A stretch of 32,000 bases of DNA from positions 5,280,001-5,312,000 of the forward strand of contig NZ_CP021983.2 of assembly GCF_002075285.3 (NCBI RefSeq), written 5' to 3'. Below the pieces are notes generated by a model. That model was not told where the DNA came from. It was given only the letters and a program-made list of their open reading frames with translations, and did not search any database. The position numbers and the translations under genes were made by a program. Below, piece by piece: positions 1 to 7,125 of this stretch. How positions within the stretch are numbered: position 1 is the first letter of the stretch; every line of letters starts with the position of its first letter. Origin of the DNA: Halomicronema hongdechloris C2206. Lineage in GTDB: Bacteria; Cyanobacteriota; Cyanobacteriia; Phormidesmidales; Phormidesmidaceae.

Positions 1-1
1 G

Positions 2-1204
2 TTGGGGGTACTGCAAGGAGCTGAACTTCAGGCCTATGACCATCTGTTGCGACGACAGCCCAATGAAGCCCCAGATGATCGATTCTTGATCGTGACTGTC
101 GATGAGAACAGTGGTTCCCTGCTGCGAGAGCGCCTGATTGCCGGAGACTATGCCCCGACTATCGGCACCATTCCTGATGCTGCCTTGCAAGAAACCCTGA
201 GGATTTTGGCAGAGCATCAGCCGCGTCTGATCGGCCTCGATTTTTATCGAGATTTTCCGGCAACCCCTGAATTGGCTAACAGCCTACGCAGCAGAGACAC
301 CATCATCACCCTCTGCAAGGCCAGCTATGAGGGCGAAGGGGTGCCCAAGTCCCCGGAAGTCCCCTGGGAACGGGTGGGCTTCAGTGATTTGGTCAGCGAC
401 ACCATGACTGGTCCTACCTATATCCGGCGTCACTATATCATGCAGGCCCCTGACCCTGACTTTTGTAATACCCCTAGGTCCTTTAGTTTGCTGCTGGCCA
501 GCCGTTACCTAAAGCAGGAGGCAGCCATCAGCCGCACTGATCCCTTGCTCCCAGTGGGGAACACCTATGAATTTCGCCGCGATGGTCTGGCCTTTGGCGA
601 GACAGTCATCTCCAACCTGACCTTAGGCCGCGGCCCCTATTACCAGGATCCAGACTTCTTCAATGGCTATCAAACCCTGCTGAACTATAGAACTGGCCCC
701 AATCCTGATACTGGTAAGGCGCGAGATCCGGGACAATTTGCTCCGCGGGTGTCCCTAGCAGACCTGCTGACCAATCAAGTGCCTAGACAATGGGTGGAAG
801 ATCGCATTGTGCTAATTGGCTATAGCGATCTGGCCGATCGCAATGCCGACTACTGGCAAACGCCCTATGGCGAGGTGCCCGGGGTAATTTTACAGGGACA
901 AATGGCAAGTCAGCTGATTAGTCGCGTGCTAGATAATCGCCCCCTGATTCGCTGGTGGCCCCTGGGGGCAGAGGTGCTCTGGATTGCAGCCTGGGCCATG
1001 GTTGGCGGGCTAATCTTCTGGCGCATCGTGCGGTCGCGACGACTGATAGTTGCGATTGTTGTGAGCCTCGGCCTCTTATATGGCACAGCTTATATATTGA
1101 TGGTTAGTAGTGCTCTCTGGATTCCCTTGGTTCCCCCTTTGATCACCTTCCTGCTCACGGCAACGGGAGTGGCTGTTCTAAATCACCGACTGCGGAATCC
1201 TTAG
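2..1204 (+). CDS. CHASE2 domain-containing membrane sensor protein (5' end cut by window edge)
   Basis: ORF is open to the window start. CHASE2-type motifs: DDRFLIVTVDENS, RLIGLDFYRDFP, IVLIGYSDLADRNADYWQTPYGEVPGVILQGQ. These are followed by three hydrophobic helices (WWPLGAEVLWIAAWAMVGGLIFW; LIVAIVVSLGLLYGTAYILMV; ALWIPLVPPLITFLLTATGVAVL). TAG at 1202-1204 comes only about 8 codons later, so there is no C-terminal output domain. Confidence 0.8.
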   Translation: MGVLQGAELQAYDHLLRRQPNEAPDDRFLIVTVDENSGSLLRERLIAGDYAPTIGTIPDAALQETLRILAEHQPRLIGLDFYRDFPATPELANSLRSRDTIITLCKASYEGEGVPKSPEVPWERVGFSDLVSDTMTGPTYIRRHYIMQAPDPDFCNTPRSFSLLLASRYLKQEAAISRTDPLLPVGNTYEFRRDGLAFGETVISNLTLGRGPYYQDPDFFNGYQTLLNYRTGPNPDTGKARDPGQFAPRVSLADLLTNQVPRQWVEDRIVLIGYSDLADRNADYWQTPYGEVPGVILQGQMASQLISRVLDNRPLIRWWPLGAEVLWIAAWAMVGGLIFWRIVRSRRLIVAIVVSLGLLYGTAYILMVSSALWIPLVPPLITFLLTATGVAVLNHRLRNP

Positions 1205-1369
1205 GGTGTTGAATGATGTCATCTACTAGTGCTCGACGGTGGCAATAGCCCCCTATTGGTTAAAGGCAGCAGCCTTGAGACGTCGAGAATTCTCCTTCTG
1301 CCTTCTGCCTTTCTGTACTAGTGGTGTTATCTACCGTATCTCCTAGTCATCTAAGGATGCTCTGACGCT

Positions 1370-2542
1370 ATGCCTACCCCCACCTTTCGTCGTCGCCTCG
1401 TCCGCAGACTCGTACCCTTGGTTCTGGCAGTACCGATCATGGCTGCGATCGCACCCCAGGCTGAGGCTGGATTAATCGAACGCATCCAGTCTATTTTCGG
1501 TGGCGGTAATACTGGTGGCCAAGTCAGCAATGGCCGCAGCCGCGGTGGGGCCATCCGGAGAGAAGTCTGCGGGCAACCAGTAGCAGGAACTAGCGAGCTC
1601 GGCAGCACTAGCGAGTCGCAGCAGCCCAATCAGGGGGCCTCTCAGGCATCTGCGGCAGACGTCACCACGGAGCCCAGCTCTAACATGCTGGTAGTCCTAA
1701 GCCCGCCTACACGGCAAAAAACCACCCAGGCCCGCCCTTCGTTTTACCTCTACGTACCCTACGGGCAATCTGCCGAGAACATACGACTGTTCTTCGAATT
1801 GAGCCAGATTAATCCTGAAGTGCCTGTTCCCCATGCCCCCCGCACCATTGCCAACCTACCCCTACAGCTGCCAGAGACCCCAGGATGGGTCAGATTTCAG
1901 GTTCCCGAAGAGATCGCCCTGGAAGTCGGCAAGACCTATGCCTGGAACTTTAATATCCAATGCGTTGCCTCCGAGTCTGCCACTGCAACCGCGTCGGCTG
2001 AGACCGTCTCAGAGCCAGAGAGTACTTCTGAACCTCTAGACGATTCGGTTGATAGTTCGGTCGATAGTAATAGCGCAGGGTTCCCTATCATTACGAGTTT
2101 GCCAGCTAACAGTAGTGGTACCTCGGCTCAACCATCTGGACAAGAAGATACGTTATCAGTCACAGCAGACAACAGCTTAGAAACCGATGGCATCTGGGGA
2201 CAAGTTGAGCGCATTGAGATGCCGCCCAGGTTGATGGTGCGGTTGGACGAACTGGCCGCCAGAGAGTACTTCCCGGTCTATTTAGAATACGAACTCTGGT
2301 TTGAGATGGTGTCTAACCTGGCCACCTTTCAACCGCCCGAATGGCAGGAATTACTGGCCAATTATGAGGCCCTACTGCCATCGCCGGCAGCATCAGACAC
2401 CACAACGGCGGATGCCGAGGCGGTGACAACTGACACTGATACCGCCAGTCCCGCTGAAAGCAGTGAGATCTCGGCAATCACGGCAGACTCAGAGATTGAG
2501 TTACAGGTGATCCGCCCGCTAGAATCCTTACCCATAGAGTAG
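1370..2542 (+). CDS. DUF928 domain-containing secreted protein with Ser/Thr/Asp/Glu-rich insertions
   Basis: ATG at 1370 with AAGGA upstream. Arg-rich leader MPTPTFRRRLVRRLVPLVLAVPIMAAIAPQAEA. DUF928-like signature, recalled from the family: NGRSRGGAIRREVC, LVVLSPP...RPSFYLYVPY, FFEL, PGWVRFQVP, LEVGKTYAWNFNIQC, GIWGQVERI, YLEYELWFEMVSNLA. A low-complexity acidic S/T-rich segment (about aa 200-273, nt 1967-2188) splits the domain, and a similar tail follows. Confidence 0.75.
   Translation: MPTPTFRRRLVRRLVPLVLAVPIMAAIAPQAEAGLIERIQSIFGGGNTGGQVSNGRSRGGAIRREVCGQPVAGTSELGSTSESQQPNQGASQASAADVTTEPSSNMLVVLSPPTRQKTTQARPSFYLYVPYGQSAENIRLFFELSQINPEVPVPHAPRTIANLPLQLPETPGWVRFQVPEEIALEVGKTYAWNFNIQCVASESATATASAETVSEPESTSEPLDDSVDSSVDSNSAGFPIITSLPANSSGTSAQPSGQEDTLSVTADNSLETDGIWGQVERIEMPPRLMVRLDELAAREYFPVYLEYELWFEMVSNLATFQPPEWQELLANYEALLPSPAASDTTTADAEAVTTDTDTASPAESSEISAITADSEIELQVIRPLESLPIE
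1445..1452. repeat. HIP1 octamer GCGATCGC
   Basis: exact match read in sequence. Confidence 0.95.
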
Positions 2543-2561
2543 GCGTCAGAGTAGGATCGAC

Positions 2562-5267
2562 CTAACGCCAACTCCCCACCAGCACGTAGGGCGCCCAGAA
2601 ACGGGGGCGGCCACCATAGCGATCGAACAGGGCGACCTGGGCTCGGCGCAAGGCCTCAGCCCGACTGACCCCTGGTTGTCCTAGGTGCTGATATAGGGTC
2701 TCGGTAAAATACACACTGGCTTCGTCGTCCACACTCCAGAGGGTGGCGATGGTGCTGCTGGCACCGGCCTGGACAGCCGCTCCGGCGATGCCTAGGGCCG
2801 ATCGATCATCCCCTTCAGCCGTCTTGCAGGCGCTGAGAATCAGCAGTTCCAAGCGGTCCTCGGGGGATTGCTGATGCCGACGGAAGACACGTCCCAACTC
2901 ATCGATATTGACGCGACCGTCAGCAGCCAGGATATAAGTGCTGTCGCGGCTACCACTGAATTGGCCGTGGGTCGCTAGGTGCACGATGGTGTAGTCATCT
3001 TGCATCAGGTCTCGTTGCAGAGTTGCTTTCGTAAAGGCCCCATCTCGGATGAAGGTGCCGGAAAAGCCGGCCGCCTGGATTCTGTCCAACTCAACATTGA
3101 CATTGGGCAATGGGACATAGTTATTGGCTTCTTCCGAAGGGGGGGTGGTGAGACCGGCCGCTAGAACAGACAGGTCATCGGGCTCCGGCAGTGGTTGCGG
3201 ATCCCGCAATTCCAGTCCCAACATTAGTGACATGGCATAGGTGCGCAGGAGAAAGTCGCGCCCGTCGTGGAGGGCGGCCATGGGCACCAGGCGTAATGGC
3301 CCATCCAGCACGAAGAGCAGCGTTTTAATCGTCTCTGGGGATAGATAGCCCTGCTCGACCGCCGGTTGCAGTAGCCACTGGTAAAGCGTTTGGCCATTCG
3401 TTTGAACCTCGGTTAACCCCTGCAGTGAACCCCGCTGTAGATTTCGCCGCAGTTGGACCAGGGTGTTGCCAAGGGTCGCTTGGGGCACCGGCGACGCGTA
3501 GTGAACCAACGCCGGCTGGCGAGGGAGCTTGAGAATCACCTCCAGACGATCGTCTAGCAAGATCGAGTAAACCACGGCGGCCGTGGGATCCCCTTGATCG
3601 ACGGCCTGATCGATGTTGACGGTGGTTTCGACACAGGCGGCCTGGAAAAAGTTTTCCAATTCCGCTATCCGTAGGGCTTCCATGACGGTGCGAGCCTGTT
3701 CTAGATTGGTCTGGCTAATCCGGGACTGGTGGGCCTTATGGTGGGCAATGGTGCCATCGACGGGGGTCAGCAGCAGGTCCACCAGGTCTCGATAGACCGG
3801 TTCGACGCTTTCCCGGAAGGAAAACCGTACGTCTGGATTGGCGGCCACCAGATCATTCCGCAGGGTTCGCAGGGAATCAAAGGCCTGTTTGTAGGCACCA
3901 ATGGCTCCCTGGGTGTATCCCTGGGCCTTGAAGATACGCCCCAGCTGCCATTGCCAGCGATAGCTGATGTCGTCGGCTCGCAGGGCTTGAGACAGGGCCA
4001 GGGCCTGCCGTGAAAACTGCTCGGCAGATCGCCAATGGGCTCTCTGTTCATACAGCTTACCCAGAGTGCCCAGGACAAAGGAGTGCGATCGCATGTCTCC
4101 CAGGTCCTCCGCCTGGGCCTGGGCCGTCAGCAACAGGGCCTCGATATCCTGCCAGGGGGGGGTCTGAGTCTGGGTGTTTTGCTTCAGGGTGATTAAACTA
4201 TCGGCCAGCTTGACATGGCCGTAAATGGCCGGACGGCCAGGGGGGAGTTGGCTGAGGCTGACTTCCACACTGGGATAAAACTGCAGGGCCGATGTCCATT
4301 GAGCAATGGTCGGGGACGTCAACAGCGCCAGGGTATTCAGCCGAGCCTGGGCGGCAATGGCCGCCGTATTCATGGCGGCGGCGGCTCGATAGGCTTGCAG
4401 CGCAGCATTGGCATGGTCTAAGGCTGCCCGCCCTTGCCGTTGATCGAAGGCCACGACGAAGCGGCTCTGCTCCAGGTTGCCCAGACTCAGCTGGGCTGCC
4501 GCCACCTGCTCAGGGAGGTTGAGTTCTGCCGCCAGGGCCAGGCTGCGACGCAGGATATCTTCCGCCTCGGCCAGATTTCCGTTGGTCCTAAAGGCATCCC
4601 CCAACCACTGCAGGGTTTGGACCTTGGCGATGGAATCGGGCTGATCCTGTAGGAAGGCTTGTAATTCCTGTAACGTTAGCAGCACCCGACGGTACAACCC
4701 TTTAGCCCGAAAGACTTGAACTTGATGGATACGGCTAAGCATCTGCCGTTGAACATCGCCGGCCTGTTTATACGCCGCCTCGCTCCGCTGCCAGCTCTCC
4801 AGGGCGGCCTCTAACTCGCCCTGGGAAAATTGCAATTGCCCCTGCACATCGTAAATCTGGGCCTGGACCATGAGGGGCACCGAAGGCTGCTCCGCCAGGA
4901 GTGTACGCGCTGTGGTCAAATCGGCGGTGGCGGCATCCCATGCCCCCCCAGCTTTTGATGGGCCAGGGAGAGATTACTCAGGGTAATTGCTGCCTGGAGG
5001 GGGTTTCCCTGATCCAGATACAGCTGTTGTAGATCTCGGAGTAACGAGGCCGCGGCTTGATAGTCACCGTTGTCGTAGTGGGCTTTGGCCTGATGCCGCA
5101 GATCCTGGGGGAGATTGGGCCACCTCAGGAGAGGCCACGGCTAACATATCTGAGGTCGACGGGGACAGGTCTTGCTGGGCAATGGCCGGACTCAGCAGCA
5201 CACAGAAAACGATCGTCACGGCCCCCAGTAGGAGAAAGCGCACCCCAGAGAATCGAGTCATGATCAT
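2562..5267 (-). pseudogene. TPR-CHAT (caspase-fold) protease with Sec signal peptide; reading frame broken twice as the sequence stands (longest intact ORF 2562..4919)
   Basis: ORF 2562..4919 starts at an internal TTG (Leu of ...ATADLTTARTLL...). The N-terminal ~400 aa are TPR-like repeats. The C-terminal CHAT fold has His in IVHLATHGQF (codon 2967-2969) and Cys in LLILSACKTAEGD (codon 2826-2828). Upstream in the same frame, ORF 5064..5267 encodes the leader MIMTRFSGVRFLLLGAVTIVFCVLLSPAIA/QQ. The ~55 codons between them read as TPR sequence (QDLRHQAKAHYDNGDYQAAASLLRDLQQLYLDQGNPLQAAITLSNLSLAHQKLG) only in another frame. That frame is entered near the G5 run 5107-5111 and left at the C7 run 4943-4949. 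Sequencing error cannot be excluded. Confidence 0.7.
4085..4092. repeat. HIP1 octamer GCGATCGC
   Basis: exact match read in sequence. Confidence 0.95.
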
Positions 5268-5314
5268 CCCGTAACACAGCTTGAATCGGCTCCACAGGCA
5301 CCGGTGTCCCGCCG

Positions 5315-7125
5315 CTAGAAAAAGGCATAATCCACGGTGAAGTAAACGCCCCGTTCCTGCAGGGAATTGGCCTCTGTATTGGTATCCACCAGGGGCAGGC
5401 CGATGTCTAGGCGAGCCCGGAGAGCCTCCATCTGAAATAATAGTCCGGCCCCCAGCCCCGCGATGAAGTTGGTATCCGGATTGGCCTCCTCGGTATTCCA
5501 GCCGTAGCCCAAGTCAATGAAGGGCACCACCACCTGCAGTAGGGCGTCATGCTCCGGATTACGGTAGATGGGAAGCCGCACCTCCAGGGAGGCCAAGGCA
5601 CCATTATCGGTGAGGAGCTCGTCCTGACGATAGCCGCGCACCGTAGCCTGACCCCCAATGCCGATTTGCTCCAGCCCCAGTAGGGAATCTGGCGTCAATT
5701 GCACACTGCCCTTCAAAAGCAATAGGGTGTCGGGGGCCAGCAATCTCACCCACTGGGCCTGGCCTTGCCAGGAGAAGAAGCGACTATCGGGACCGGTTTC
5801 GTTGATGGTGGCCCCCAGCATGTCGAAGCCCAGGTTGAATTGCGATCGCACCGCGAGCACCTGCTCAAGGCTACGTTGGGTCCATTCCTGAAAGAAGCCT
5901 AAGGATGACACCACCGTCTGGCCATCCTCATCGGCCCCCCGGGACAGGGGAAACCCGCCGATATCGGCAATCCCCAGAAAGGTTTGAGTGCGTTCTCGCG
6001 AGAGTTGCAATCCCAGGGCCACTTCCCGGGTCGGGGTTTCGATCAGGGGATGGCGCAAGGTCAGGGCCAGGGCTCCGGAGTCCGCCGTGATGTCTAGGAC
6101 ATCGAAGGGATCTTCAATCACCTCGCTGTCGGTGGTGGTAAAGTCAACGGCCAGGGTAGTGTTGTCGGGGCTGACGGGCAGAGTATAGGTTAAATCGAAG
6201 CCCTTACTGCCGGACGTGCTGGTATACCCCAGGGTGAGGCGGTCGCCGAAGCCGCTGACGTTGCCTTCTCGCAGCTCAACCTGATGGCGCAGGCTACCGA
6301 CAGCCGGGGAGCGATTATTGTCCAGGGTGTAGCCCACATCGAAGCTGTCGGCCTCCACCACAGACACCGCCAGGAAATTGGTGTGCCGGGCCGAACTCCG
6401 GCCTGTAAATCGGCGGAAATGCTGTCGATCAACGGATCCAGTTGTAACAGTTGCAGGCGATTCAACAGCCGATTCACATTCAGCGGGGCCTGGGCTCCCA
6501 CCGCTAGACGGCTGCTGATATAGCCGGGATGCAATCGCCGGGTGCCCGTAACCTTGATGTCTTCCAGGCGGCCTTCGATGACCTGAATTTGCACTACCCC
6601 ATCTACCAGGGGTTGAGGCGGCAAGATCGCCCCGGAGGTGATGTAGCCGTTGTCCAGATACAGCTGGGTCACCGCCGAGCGGGCCTCGAGAATCTCGGCG
6701 AAGGTGACGGGACGATTGGTAAAGGGCTCGGTTACCGCTGCCAGGGTCTCAGGGGAAAACACCGTACTGCCCACCACCTCAAAGCGCTCGATGACGAGGG
6801 TGGCTCCATTGCCAGGGGGGGCAATTTCCGGGCTCGGGGGTTGGGCCTCCGGGCTCGGTTGCAGTAGATCTGGCGAGGGTGGCTCTAACGGCAGAGAATC
6901 TGGCAGCGGCTCCGGCTGATCGGGGAGAATATCCTGCTGGGTCGGGGGCTGTTGAGCTAGGGGCTGGGGGATCGCTATTGGGGCAGGCTTGAAGCTCTGC
7001 TCCCAGACAGGTCCAGGAGGATGTGAACTCTCCGCTATGGCAGGCCCAACGCCATTGCCGCTGCAGGTGATGGCCAGACCCCACCCCCAGCAACAATATT
7101 GGTAAACGCTCATGCGCCTGCTCAT
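5315..7125 (-). pseudogene. ShlB/FhaC/HecB-family TpsB outer-membrane transporter (POTRA + beta-barrel), interrupted by one frameshift
   Basis: The N-terminal part (ATG at 7125, forming ATGA with the tpsA1 stop at 7122-7124) has a signal peptide MSRRMSVYQYCCWGWGLAITCSGNGVGPAIA and a Pro-rich linker. It also has a POTRA-like region LVIERFEVVGSTVFSPETL...VIEGRLEDIKVTGT...LLQLDPLI. The C-terminal part (5315..6367) is a ShlB-type barrel ending in the aromatic YAFF. The two parts are in different frames. The junction ...DLQAGVRPGT / NFLAVSVVEADSFDVGYTLDN implies one missing base near 6379-6382. The 6367 'start' is an internal GTG. Confidence 0.75.
5842..5849. repeat. HIP1 octamer GCGATCGC
   Basis: exact match read in sequence. 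Confidence 0.95.

Noticed and set aside
1351-1629. 92-aa minus-strand ORF overlapping the DUF928 start
   Set aside because: It is antisense to a well-supported gene, has Pro/Arg-rich low-information sequence and lacks a ribosome-binding context.
2542-2569. Hairpin (ggcgt...acgcc with inner tagg/ccta) in the 19-nt gap between the convergent DUF928 and CHAT stops, as a bidirectional terminator
   Set aside because: The stems are only 4-5 bp with a 5-nt bulge, and there is no U-tract on either strand. It is too weak to call.
2562-5267. TPR-CHAT as a type III-E CRISPR 'Craspase' (Csx29-like) component
   Set aside because: There is no gRAMP/Cas7-11, no other cas gene and no CRISPR array in the window. 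The protein has an export signal and sits in a TPS operon.
4987-5328. ORFs 4987..5274 (+), 5057..5263 (+) and 5125..5328 (-)
   Set aside because: They overlap the region better explained as the frameshifted 5' end of the CHAT gene (signal peptide plus first TPR). They have no motifs of their own.
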